From Bdellovibrio sp. (GTDB lineage Bacteria > Bdellovibrionota > Bdellovibrionia > Bdellovibrionales > Bdellovibrionaceae): a stretch of 64,000 bases of DNA. The translations under genes were made by a program, and so were the position numbers. The notes under the pieces were generated by a model. It saw nothing but the letters and a program-made list of their open reading frames with translations, had not been told where the DNA came from and did no database searches. The stretch's first letter is position 1. Every line of letters begins with the position of its first letter. Shown one piece after another: positions 39,918-49,194 of this stretch. The stretch is from positions 160,001 to 224,000 of the forward strand of contig JAKFBS010000004.1 in NCBI GenBank assembly GCA_036677065.1, in the 5' to 3' direction.

Positions 39918-39937
39918 TTACTGTCTACGGGGTACAC
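39918..39937. promoter_or_regulatory. Candidate TIGR02147 operator 2
   Basis: TTACTGTCTAC-GGG-GTACAC; similar motif at 32102. Confidence 0.45.
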
Positions 39938-39978
39938 ACAGAGTTGGCATAGAATCAATTCAGCGCCTCTTGTGAAGA

Positions 39979-39994
39979 TGGCATGCCTAATGCA
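39979..39994 (+). promoter_or_regulatory. sigma54-like -24/-12 promoter
   Basis: TGGCATGCCTAATGCA (GG-N10-GC), 68 nt upstream of the 40063 start. Confidence 0.55.
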
Positions 39995-40062
39995 AAAGCA
40001 TTTAATCAAATTAAACAATCGCTGCCAGATCGCTTCCTCTGGAAAAAACTAAGGAGACTCTC

Positions 40063-40749
40063 GTGAAAAAAGTTATTTTAAGTTCGCTTGTTATTCTGGT
40101 TGCTGCATCGGCTTTTGCTGGGGGCGGCACTGTCGGTTCTGACTCTGTTAAAGGATCAGCCCAGCATTTTTATTCTGATGAAAATTCAGATATTATAACT
40201 GAGCTTGCAAAAGAGCTGCATGATAAATATGGCCTATTTGTAGCAAATTTTAAACAGCATAGTGAAACCTATGTTGGCGATTTTAATCTTAATAAGATGA
40301 AAAATAATGGGGCTGATGTAATGGCCTATAGTGACCTTACGTTTTCAAAATCAGGAGAGAGCTATAGACTGTATTACAATACATATAAAACAAATAGGCC
40401 TGTGATTATAACTCTGGATTCAAAATATAACTCAGCTATCGACAGACTTTTTTTAGATATCAAGCAAGAAGCTAGCTTTGTAGAAATTGATGGGGCTACT
40501 GGCTATGGGCGTGGAGGCACGCATCTTATTGCCAGAAACTTGTCTGATGTAAAAGAATTAACATTAGCTTGCACAAGAATAATTCAGTCTGATCAAAGCG
40601 GAGGAAACAGATGTCAGACAAAAACTTCAGGAATCAATTTTTCCGAAAAAGAAACTGAAGTTATAGTACAAGGCCCACGCGCCGAAGTAATGGTTCCTAA
40701 AAAATATTTAAGAACTTGGAGTGAAAATTATTGGAACGGAAAATTCTAA
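40063..40749 (+). CDS. Secreted hypothetical protein with Gly-rich mature N-terminus
   Basis: AAGGAG RBS; signal peptide ending AFA, then GGGTVG. Confidence 0.75.
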   Translation: MKKVILSSLVILVAASAFAGGGTVGSDSVKGSAQHFYSDENSDIITELAKELHDKYGLFVANFKQHSETYVGDFNLNKMKNNGADVMAYSDLTFSKSGESYRLYYNTYKTNRPVIITLDSKYNSAIDRLFLDIKQEASFVEIDGATGYGRGGTHLIARNLSDVKELTLACTRIIQSDQSGGNRCQTKTSGINFSEKETEVIVQGPRAEVMVPKKYLRTWSENYWNGKF

Positions 40750-40779
40750 AATTGTTCGCAGATTACGAATTGAAAAGAT

Positions 40780-40818
40780 AAAATAAAAAGCGGCCACATC
40801 ATGGCCGCTTTTTATTTT
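40780..40818. terminator. Bidirectional intrinsic terminator
   Basis: AAAATAAAAAGCGGCCA-CATCA-TGGCCGCTTTTTATTTT between convergent genes. Confidence 0.9.
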
Positions 40819-41434
40819 AAGACTGTAAATTGTTAAGTAATGTGCTTGTCGCCCACTTCATGGTCTTGCCCATTTCAGCACCGGTCTCACCGTAGACATT
40901 GCGTAAATCACTCCATAAATTTGCATTAATTAAACTAATAATTAAATGAACTCTTTGCTGTTCTTCTTTTGAAGTAGTTAACGGAATCTGAGCTTTGATT
41001 TTTTCCATCACTAGGGCGTTGAATTTGCGGCGAAACAAAACACGCGATTGTTGGCCGAAGTTTGTGTATAAATAAGCTAAGATTAAACTTTCGTATTGAT
41101 CAAACACCTGAAATGAAAATTCAGCAAAATCTTCAACTGTCATGACTTGTAAATTTCCGGCGACTTGTGTGACGTAGGTTTCAAGATAAGTTTCGAGTTC
41201 ACGAGTTAAAGATTTTTTATCACCGAAAAAACGAAACAAGGTACGTGTTGAAAGATCAGCACGTACAGCTAATTCTTCTAAAGAAATTTCTTCGCCGCGT
41301 TTTTCAACTAATAAAGCCACATAGTTTTCTATAATTTTTTGTCTGTTGTTATTTGATTTTTCAGCGCGTGCCGAATTATCGTATTTTCTGGGTTTCTTGG
41401 GCCTTTTAGCTGTTTTCGTGTTTTTACGTTTCAT
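40817..41434 (-). CDS. TetR/AcrR family transcriptional regulator
   Basis: RKYDNSAR…, SLEELAVRADLSTRTLFRFFGDK. Confidence 0.9.
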   Translation of the reverse strand: MKRKNTKTAKRPKKPRKYDNSARAEKSNNNRQKIIENYVALLVEKRGEEISLEELAVRADLSTRTLFRFFGDKKSLTRELETYLETYVTQVAGNLQVMTVEDFAEFSFQVFDQYESLILAYLYTNFGQQSRVLFRRKFNALVMEKIKAQIPLTTSKEEQQRVHLIISLINANLWSDLRNVYGETGAEMGKTMKWATSTLLNNLQS

Positions 41435-41703
41435 GTGTGCAGTATAGAAAGAAGATGCGCTGTGATCAAATTAAAATGACATTAATACAGACCTTAATAA
41501 ATGAAAAAACCTTTATAAACAATTAATTATTGACACATATTGACACGAAGAAGGAATAACCTACAAAAGACTTGCTCAAAGCCTAGCCGCGGTTTGCGGT
41601 ATTCTTTAAATTAAATCATATCGCCGTACAAATGGCGAATTACATGATGTACCCAGTACAAAAAGTGTTAATTCAGGTTTACATTAGATTAGAAAATTAA
41701 AAT

Positions 41704-42084
41704 CTATTTAGCCGTAACCCAAAGTCTAACAGCGACAAAAACTAAGAACACAGAAAACATTCGCGTTAGCGTGGCCGTTTGTAAGGTGATCGCAAATTTA
41801 GAACCTAAGTAAGTTCCGCCAAACATAACTGCAGCAATTACTAATCCGTATTTAATGTTATCTATCTGAATAAAGCCCGCACGGTAATAATTAATGATTC
41901 CTAAAATACCCACAGGTAATAATAAAGCTACAAGAGAGGTGGCCGTAGCGGTTTGCTGTTGATATTTAAAAAGATAAACCAGCATCGGCACGATAATGAC
42001 TCCACCACCGATACCAAATAACCCAGAAGAGATTCCGGCAGTTAAACCAATAATTGCAGCATAGGTAATTTGTAGTGGTGACAT
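41704..42084 (-). CDS. TauE/SafE (TSUP) family half-size membrane protein
   Basis: GISSGLFGIGGGVIIVP, ATATSL. Confidence 0.88.
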   Translation of the reverse strand: MSPLQITYAAIIGLTAGISSGLFGIGGGVIIVPMLVYLFKYQQQTATATSLVALLLPVGILGIINYYRAGFIQIDNIKYGLVIAAVMFGGTYLGSKFAITLQTATLTRMFSVFLVFVAVRLWVTAK

Positions 42085-42093
42085 GAGTATCTC

Positions 42094-42804
42094 CTATAAA
42101 GATGGGCGAATAACTTTTTTACGCAGAATTTCGGCGTCGTTTTCTGGGTGCGACACCTGAATGCTTTCAAGCCATTCAACTGTTGCTGTTTTATCACGAA
42201 TACCAAATTGCGCCGTCATTTTGCCAATTAAACTGTCGTCATCAACAAACGATGATTCGCGGTAAGGATGGTAATCAATTTTAAATAATTGCACCGGAAT
42301 CTGATAATGCTGGGCAATTTCAAAGATTCCTTTTTTCCATAACTTTTCTTCGTTTAAAGTAGTGGTGCCTGAAGGAAAAATCACTAACTGTGATTTGTTA
42401 GTAATAAGTTGTTCGCCGATGACTTTGCGCAATCTTTCGCGATCATGTTTTGATTCGCGATCAACAAATAAAGTGCCAACACGAACTGCTGCCTGACCTA
42501 AAATCGGCCAGCGCTTAACTTCTTTTTTTGCTAAGAAGGCAATATGCGGATTGACCGCCATTAATAATAAAATATCTAAAAAGCTTACGTGATTGCCAAC
42601 ATAAATGCGTGGGCCTTGCAGAGAATATTCACCTTGATGGCTAATATCATACCCGATGTAATTTAAAACACTTTCAGCCCAGCGCTTTTTATAATGCGTG
42701 ACCTTATGTGGTTTAATGTAACTAAGTGCCAGCCAATAGAAAGTAATTCCAAAGGATCCGAAAGACTTAATAAAATAAAAAGACTTAACCGTGTGTTTTA
42801 GCAT
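42094..42804 (-). CDS. Lysophospholipid acyltransferase
   Basis: NHVSFLD, FLAKKEV..WP, FVDR, FPSGTT. Confidence 0.9.
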   Translation of the reverse strand: MLKHTVKSFYFIKSFGSFGITFYWLALSYIKPHKVTHYKKRWAESVLNYIGYDISHQGEYSLQGPRIYVGNHVSFLDILLLMAVNPHIAFLAKKEVKRWPILGQAAVRVGTLFVDRESKHDRERLRKVIGEQLITNKSQLVIFPSGTTTLNEEKLWKKGIFEIAQHYQIPVQLFKIDYHPYRESSFVDDDSLIGKMTAQFGIRDKTATVEWLESIQVSHPENDAEILRKKVIRPSL

Positions 42805-43599
42805 CTACTTCAGTAAATCATGAGTGTAGGTAAAAGTCGCTGCCCATCCATCGTTGCGGTCACGCGCCAAAAGACCATTTTTATTTTTATCGCCTAAGAC
42901 TTCAAAATGTTTAATGGTGATGACGGGGTTATTGCGGTCTGATAAATCGTTAAAATGAAACCACACGCCGTAAGATAGATTATTTAAGCCTTCTGAATCA
43001 GCTGCGCCGTAATAATATGCGTTATGGCGTTTATCGCCATAACCTACAGTCACGATGAAGTTCGGTTCAACCATTGAAGTTCGAAGGATCGTATTTTGAA
43101 AAGTGAATAATTTAAGTTTGCCTGACAGTTCATAGTATAGACCGTTATGAGCTTTTAAGTCTTTGTGAATACCGAAAACCCACTCTGAGATATAGTCTTC
43201 ATTATAGCCTGGAATGAAAAACTCTGCTCTATTTACCCACTCCCATGAGTTCTCACGATCTGGATAAATATCTTTAATGCTATCGTGTTTGGGAAAGATC
43301 GGATTATCGCTGATCGCCTGAAAGCGCGTTCTTAAGCGGATTTTATCTTCATAGACAAAATCACGGTAACTGACCGAGCTTGTTAGAAACTCGAAGCGGT
43401 CTTCGAACATAAAAACGGCGATGACGGGCACAAGCTGAAAGTCATTATATTGAACAACGCCGCGAGCCTCCCAGATCGAGAAAAACTTTGCGCCGGCTTT
43501 GACGCCGCTGACTGATTTCCATTTGTTAGTTGCTTGGTATTCAGCCAAAGCATTAAAAGAACTAAGTATTAATAAAACAGCAAAAAGTATTTTCATCAT
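42805..43599 (-). CDS. Outer membrane protein, MipA/OmpV-like
   Basis: Signal peptide, beta strands, GYGD..HNAYYYG. Confidence 0.6.
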   Translation of the reverse strand: MMKILFAVLLILSSFNALAEYQATNKWKSVSGVKAGAKFFSIWEARGVVQYNDFQLVPVIAVFMFEDRFEFLTSSVSYRDFVYEDKIRLRTRFQAISDNPIFPKHDSIKDIYPDRENSWEWVNRAEFFIPGYNEDYISEWVFGIHKDLKAHNGLYYELSGKLKLFTFQNTILRTSMVEPNFIVTVGYGDKRHNAYYYGAADSEGLNNLSYGVWFHFNDLSDRNNPVITIKHFEVLGDKNKNGLLARDRNDGWAATFTYTHDLLK

Positions 43600-43767
43600 G
43601 AGTGAATTTAAACATCATTCATTCGGGGATGCTGCCTAAATTCACATTTTAGCACGGCGTTTCACAAACCTAATCTTGACAACAATTATGGTGAATTTAC
43701 CAAAAAGTGTTGCTAGCTTTCCTGCAACAACTAGTTCGATTTTGTTTCCTAAATTGAGGGGGGATAC

Positions 43768-44709
43768 ATGTATTGGAATTCATCAAAGAGATTTGCTGCC
43801 GTTTGGTGCTTATCAATTTTTGCAACGGTTAGCTTAACTGCAGGCTTTGCTAATGCTCATATCACTTCGAAATCAGACTATTATGGTAAAGAATTCTTAG
43901 GCCAAGTTCAATCAGGCCAACTAAAAAACGAACAACTATTAGATAAATTATTTCACGTTGTTTCAGACGCTCACATCAAAACTAAAAACGCTCCAGATAC
44001 TTTAATCGCAAACTGCCAATCAGCAACTTTAGAGCCAGATCAAAATTGCATTCAACACACAGCTCTTGGTTATGACCGCGCAAGAAAACACATGTTCGGT
44101 GCAATCCACTTAGAACAAAAAAACGATGGCACATACTTTGTTAAAGACGTGTACTGTGAAAAAGATTTTACAGATGAGGATTTCGGCAGAAAAGGCAAAG
44201 GCCAAAACATCGGCCCAGGCATCATTCCGGGTGATGGTTCAATTTTAAATTGTGAACACACTTGGCCACAAAGCCGATTCACAAACCGCTTTCCGAATGA
44301 AACACAAAAATCTGATCTACATCATCTATACCCAACTGATTCTAAATTGAATAGTCACCGTAGTGCTTTACACTTCGGTGAAGTTGAAAAAGAGATGGAA
44401 AAATTAAAGTGCCCACAAAACCGTTTAGGTCGTGGTGCAGGTAATGCCGGAAATGTGTTCGAACCACCAGTTGCCCATCGTGGTAATGTGGCTCGCGCGA
44501 TTTTCTACTTCGCAACTCGCTACAAAATGAAAGTGGGCGGCGCAGAAGAAGCAACTTTAAGAATCTGGAATCATGAAGATCCAGTTGATGCTGCTGAATT
44601 AAAAAGAAACGATCAAGTTGAAGACCTTCAAGGTAACCGCAACCCATTCGTCGATTACCCAGAATTAATTGACCAAGTGAACGTGTTTTCGTTCAGCACA
44701 ACTAAGTAG
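43768..44709 (+). CDS. Secreted endonuclease I family nuclease
   Basis: NCEHTWPQS, DLHHLYP, RGNVARAIFYF, DPVD..E..RN, QGNRNPFVD. Confidence 0.92.
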   Translation: MYWNSSKRFAAVWCLSIFATVSLTAGFANAHITSKSDYYGKEFLGQVQSGQLKNEQLLDKLFHVVSDAHIKTKNAPDTLIANCQSATLEPDQNCIQHTALGYDRARKHMFGAIHLEQKNDGTYFVKDVYCEKDFTDEDFGRKGKGQNIGPGIIPGDGSILNCEHTWPQSRFTNRFPNETQKSDLHHLYPTDSKLNSHRSALHFGEVEKEMEKLKCPQNRLGRGAGNAGNVFEPPVAHRGNVARAIFYFATRYKMKVGGAEEATLRIWNHEDPVDAAELKRNDQVEDLQGNRNPFVDYPELIDQVNVFSFSTTK

Positions 44710-44733
44710 ATTTAAAAATTAATTACTAGAAAC

Positions 44734-44771
44734 AAAAAAAGCTAACTCCGTTAAAGAGTTAGCTTTTTTTT
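44734..44771. terminator. Bidirectional intrinsic terminator
   Basis: AAAAAAAGCTAACTC-CGTTAAA-GAGTTAGCTTTTTTTT. Confidence 0.9.
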
Positions 44772-44836
44772 ACTCTGCAGTTCAGCTAGCAAATGCTAGC
44801 TAAAACCCTGAGCGTCGGAAAATGAGCAATCTATAA

Positions 44837-45271
44837 TTATTTAGGTTGAACGCGTAACATTTTTTTGATTTCAGAAACATGCATTTCTTCATCCATAATC
44901 ATTTGGCGAGCGTACTCTTCTAAGAATACTGAAGAGTCTTCAACTAATTTTAATAAACCATGTAAGTTTTTAAGCTGAGCTAATTCGTGATCTAAGCTTT
45001 CTTTTAAAATGTCGTTTAAATTATGTTTGTGAGTTTCTAAAAGTGTTCCGATTTTTAAAGACGGGTGGCCACCTAAAGTTGTGATGTGTTCACCAGCTTG
45101 CGAAGCGTGCCCTAAAGATTCAGCGGCTTGATCGCGAAACCATTTAATGATTGGAATTCTGTTGTGGCCGAAAACCATTAACGAGTAGTGCGTGTAACGA
45201 ACAACTCCGGCAAGTTCAGCTTCCATGATTTTGTTTAGTGCATCGATTACTTTTTTCTCGTTCATAGCCAT
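44837..45271 (-). CDS. Bacterioferritin-like (ferritin-like) protein
   Basis: ELAGVVRYTHY, ESLGH, HE, DEEMH diiron ligand pattern. Confidence 0.85.
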   Translation of the reverse strand: MAMNEKKVIDALNKIMEAELAGVVRYTHYSLMVFGHNRIPIIKWFRDQAAESLGHASQAGEHITTLGGHPSLKIGTLLETHKHNLNDILKESLDHELAQLKNLHGLLKLVEDSSVFLEEYARQMIMDEEMHVSEIKKMLRVQPK

Positions 45272-45404
45272 ACCTAGCTCCTCTATAATGGTTCTGGGTA
45301 AAAATACCCTATAAATGAAAGCTAAATGAAAATGAACTGAAAGTCCAATAATAAGTTAAATCCATACCGTTGTAATACGGTAGGGCCTTTGGTATTGAAC
45401 CGCC

Positions 45405-47084
45405 ATGTCATTAAATCGTCGCCAATTCATTAAGTCGTCTTCATTCGCAAGTTTCGTTTTAGGCTATTCGCTACAGTCAAAAGCGGCCACAGGTATTTTA
45501 ATGGGGCAGTCTTCTACAGCTCCTAATGATGAAAATGCAAATGATAATCCAATTCAAGATGTTCCATACAGCGAATCATCAAGCCTTGATTTCAACGGTG
45601 ATAATATCGATCGTCCGCACGATATCTTATGGAACATCGATGGCTACGTAGCTAAAAAAGGTGGAATTCCTGCTCCTTCAATTTGGAATAGTATCGTGAT
45701 TGCCGGTGGTGGTATGTCAGGGCTATTAAGTGCTTACCACTTACAAGCGCATAAGCCGATGTTGTTAGAGCAAGATAACGTATTTGGCGGAAACTCTAAG
45801 GGCGAAAATTTTGATGGCTCTTATTATTCAATCGGTGCGGCGTACGTAACGATTCCAGATGAAGGTTCTGATGTTGAGACTTTCTTTAAAGACACAGGCA
45901 TCGCTGATAAACTTAAATTAGAATCTGATACAGAAACTTCTGTAAATTTTAAAAATGCTTTAATGCGCGATTTCTGGAAGGGCGCAAGTGATCCAGAAAA
46001 TGCAGCGCAATTTATCGCGGTTGAAGAAGAAATGCGCCGTATTTACAACGACGCTTACCCTGATATTCCATGGTTTGAAGATTCAGCGATCAGCTATGAA
46101 GAATTATGCCGCTTAGACAAAATGACTTTTGATAAATGGCTTGATGAAACTTTTGAAGTGGTTCATCCGCATGTGCGCGAATACTTTCAATCTTATTGCT
46201 GGTCATCTTTTGGTGGCTCGATCGATGAATTATCTGCAGCGCAAGTGTTAAACTTTGTGACCGCAGAAGTTGACGGCGTGTTAGCTTTACCTGGTGGTAA
46301 TGCCTACATCACGCAAACTTTACACACACAATTAAAAGCAAACTTACCTGAAGGCCATGTGTTATCAGGAGCTTTCGTATTACGTATTCATGAACAAGAA
46401 TCTGGAAAAGTATGGGTTACGTTTGAAAGCAAACAAGGTGAGTTAATCACGATTGAATGTGATCAAGTGGTATGTGCATTTCCAAAATTCGTTGCAGAAC
46501 GTGTTATCGTAAATATTGAGCCTGAGCGTGTAAAAGCGATTCAAAGTTTAATGTGGCGTGGTTATATCGTGACTAACGTTATTTTAGATAGCGCTGTGAA
46601 ATCACCAGGCTTTGATATTTTTAATTTATACGGCAAAATGCAACCCGCACCTACTCCATTTAATCAGCCAAAAAATTTAACGACTGATGTTTGTTTTGGA
46701 ACATGGGCACAAAACGATGAAGTAAATCATTCGGTAATGACAATGTATCGTCCGTTACCGTTTGAGGGCGCGCGCCAATTTTTATTTAACCCCATGGCTC
46801 ATCAAAAACATTTGATCGCTTCGCAAAAAGAGATCGTTGAATTTGCTAAAACCGTAAATATCGATGTCGCTAAAATTAAGGGTTACCGTTTGACACGCTG
46901 GGGGCATTCTTTGCCTTTAGCTAATGCCGGAACAATCAGTGACGGTACCGTACAAGCGTTAATTAAGCCTATTAATGACCGTATATTCTTCGTGAACCAA
47001 GATAACTGGGTAAATCCGGCTTTTGAGTGTGCATTTAGTGAAGCTTTGACAGTTGCGCAAAAGATAGAATCTCTAAAAGCGTAG
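45405..47084 (+). CDS. Tat-exported FAD-dependent oxidoreductase (amine oxidase-like)
   Basis: NRRQFIK Tat signal; IAGGGMSGL; FGGNS; TRWGHS. Confidence 0.82.
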   Translation: MSLNRRQFIKSSSFASFVLGYSLQSKAATGILMGQSSTAPNDENANDNPIQDVPYSESSSLDFNGDNIDRPHDILWNIDGYVAKKGGIPAPSIWNSIVIAGGGMSGLLSAYHLQAHKPMLLEQDNVFGGNSKGENFDGSYYSIGAAYVTIPDEGSDVETFFKDTGIADKLKLESDTETSVNFKNALMRDFWKGASDPENAAQFIAVEEEMRRIYNDAYPDIPWFEDSAISYEELCRLDKMTFDKWLDETFEVVHPHVREYFQSYCWSSFGGSIDELSAAQVLNFVTAEVDGVLALPGGNAYITQTLHTQLKANLPEGHVLSGAFVLRIHEQESGKVWVTFESKQGELITIECDQVVCAFPKFVAERVIVNIEPERVKAIQSLMWRGYIVTNVILDSAVKSPGFDIFNLYGKMQPAPTPFNQPKNLTTDVCFGTWAQNDEVNHSVMTMYRPLPFEGARQFLFNPMAHQKHLIASQKEIVEFAKTVNIDVAKIKGYRLTRWGHSLPLANAGTISDGTVQALIKPINDRIFFVNQDNWVNPAFECAFSEALTVAQKIESLKA

Positions 47085-47100
47085 TGTTACTCTTTTAGAG

Positions 47101-47658
47101 ATGGCTAAATTAAAACATCTCATTACCCATGCGGTAAAATTACTTCAGTATTACATAAATCGTGCTTGGTATTTGCCAATGTTATCGCTATTGGCATTTT
47201 TAGATAATTTTTTAGTCGTTGTTCCGACCGATGGCATTTTAATTTCAAGTTCAATGTTAAAACCGCAGAAATGGTTTTCATTTAGTTTTTGCGTGGCCGC
47301 AGGCTCTGCAATTGGTGCTTTAGCGTTAGCGTTAATTATCGAAGTTTATGGCATTCATGTTGTTGAATATTTTTTTCCGAATATTCAAACAAGCTCAGCC
47401 TGGATACGCACCCAGGGCTTTTTTGAAGACTATGGCTTATGGTTATTATTTGCTGTGGCAGTTACGCCCTTTACTCAACAGCCTGCCGTGATCTTAGCTG
47501 TTCTGGCCGGGGTGCCTGTTTTTCAGATTTTTGTGATTGGCTTTTTAGGACGTTGGATGAAATTTTCATTAATGGCTTATGTTGGGTCGCATGCACCGCA
47601 CTTAATTAAAAAAATCTGGGGCGTCCAAGAAGAACTTCATGAAGTGGGGATCGATTGA
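47101..47658 (+). CDS. YqaA/DedA (VTT) family membrane protein
   Basis: VPTD, GSAIGA, VTP, GRWMKF. Confidence 0.75.
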   Translation: MAKLKHLITHAVKLLQYYINRAWYLPMLSLLAFLDNFLVVVPTDGILISSSMLKPQKWFSFSFCVAAGSAIGALALALIIEVYGIHVVEYFFPNIQTSSAWIRTQGFFEDYGLWLLFAVAVTPFTQQPAVILAVLAGVPVFQIFVIGFLGRWMKFSLMAYVGSHAPHLIKKIWGVQEELHEVGID

Positions 47659-48158
47659 AAAGTTTTTCAAAAGTTATTAACATCGTAATTCTGGTTGTGG
47701 TGATGTATATGATTGCCACAAAAATTCCTGGTATCTATGCGCACTTTAAATCTGAAGGCACTAAAGTCACAGATTTTTCAGTGTTGATGAATAACGGCGA
47801 AGAATTTAATTCGCAAAGTTTGGCGGCAAAAAAAGTTATCGTTTTTTGGGCCACATGGTGCCCGCCATGTGAATTAGAACTTTCACGCATTAATGATTTA
47901 GTTAAAGAAAAAAGAATTTCTGCAGATTCAGTTTTAGCGATTTCAATTAGCGAAGAAAAACAAACTGTAGATCGGGTGATTGCCGAGCGCGGTTATCAAT
48001 TTCAAATCGGCTATGATTTTGACGGTGCCATAGCCAGCAAGTTTGCGGTTGCAGGTACACCCACGGTTGTATTTTTAAACGCTGATAAAACAATTAATTG
48101 GATCACCACAGGTTTAAGCCCACTTTTAAAATTACGTATCAATTATTTTTTGGATTAA
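47655..48158 (+). CDS. TlpA-like thiol-disulfide oxidoreductase
   Basis: N-terminal TM; FWATWCPPC; GTPT. Confidence 0.9.
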   Translation: MKSFSKVINIVILVVVMYMIATKIPGIYAHFKSEGTKVTDFSVLMNNGEEFNSQSLAAKKVIVFWATWCPPCELELSRINDLVKEKRISADSVLAISISEEKQTVDRVIAERGYQFQIGYDFDGAIASKFAVAGTPTVVFLNADKTINWITTGLSPLLKLRINYFLD

Positions 48159-48161
48159 CAG

Positions 48162-48803
48162 ATGTGTGCACAATTTGGTTTGAAAGTGAGTGCTAGTGAA
48201 TTAAGGGATTTAGGAATTTCTGTTTCGCCAGCGCTTGAGGGTCTGGATGAAAGATTTCTTCCTTACGCGAAGGTTCCAGTCGTGGTTTCAACGCAGCAAG
48301 GGTTGAAACTTACAGCTATGAATTTTTCTTTGGTTCCAGCGTGGTCAAAAGAACCCAAAGTTAAATTTGCGACCCATAATGCCCGAATTGAAACGGTGAT
48401 TGAAAAGCCTGCTTGGCGCGAACCTTTTCAGAGTAAACACTGTCTATTGCCGATGACGAATTTTTTTGAATCTGTTTATGAAGGCCCACATGCGGGGCAT
48501 ATTATATCGTTTAGCTCTGATTTAATGTTTGCTGCGGGTCTTTTTGATGTCTGGACAAACCCAGAAACGAAAGAGCAATTGTTTTCATGCACGATATTAA
48601 CAACCGAACCGTCGGCCTTTATCTTAGAAAACGGTCATGACCGTACGCCGATATTTTTAAATTTTGAAGATGGCAAGCAATGGCTGAATTTGCGCGCGCC
48701 AGAAAAAGAAATGGTCGACTTCTTGCTATCTAAAAATGTTTATCCTGATTTGCAAGTCTCTCGTGACCGCGCGCTAAAATCGGGCTGGGAAAAACGAGCT
48801 TAA
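48162..48803 (+). CDS. SOS response-associated peptidase (SRAP, YedK/HMCES family)
   Basis: N-terminal MC, NARIET, FFE, HDRTP. Confidence 0.9.
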   Translation: MCAQFGLKVSASELRDLGISVSPALEGLDERFLPYAKVPVVVSTQQGLKLTAMNFSLVPAWSKEPKVKFATHNARIETVIEKPAWREPFQSKHCLLPMTNFFESVYEGPHAGHIISFSSDLMFAAGLFDVWTNPETKEQLFSCTILTTEPSAFILENGHDRTPIFLNFEDGKQWLNLRAPEKEMVDFLLSKNVYPDLQVSRDRALKSGWEKRA

Positions 48804-48818
48804 AGAAAGGCTATTTAT

Positions 48819-49184
48819 ATGAAAGAAAAAGTAGTGATCCTTGGAGCTTCGGATAACCCAGATCGTTTTGCTCATAAGGCTATGCTGATGTTAAAGCAAT
48901 ACGGGCATGAGCCAATCCTTGTAAATCCCACCTTAAGCGAAATTGAAGGGCATGCCGTAATCGCAGATCTTGACCAAGTGCCAAGACCAGTTGACACGTT
49001 AACGATGTACGTAAATCCGCGTATCAGCATAAATCTAAAAGAAAAAATTATTTCGTTAAATCCAAAACGGGTGATCTTTAACCCCGGTACAGAAAACCCG
49101 GCAATTGAATTCGCACTAAAAAAAACAGGCATAGATACGATCCATGCCTGTACGTTAGTTATGTTATCAACCGGTCAGTATTAA
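48819..49184 (+). CDS. CoA-binding protein
   Basis: LGASDNPDR, VNP, RVIFNPGTEN, ACTLVML. Confidence 0.9.
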   Translation: MKEKVVILGASDNPDRFAHKAMLMLKQYGHEPILVNPTLSEIEGHAVIADLDQVPRPVDTLTMYVNPRISINLKEKIISLNPKRVIFNPGTENPAIEFALKKTGIDTIHACTLVMLSTGQY

Positions 49185-49194
49185 GATGACGCCG

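Noticed and set aside
45295..45350. Fur box upstream of the bacterioferritin-like gene
   Set aside because: Only degenerate AATGAA hexamers in AT-rich DNA; not supportable
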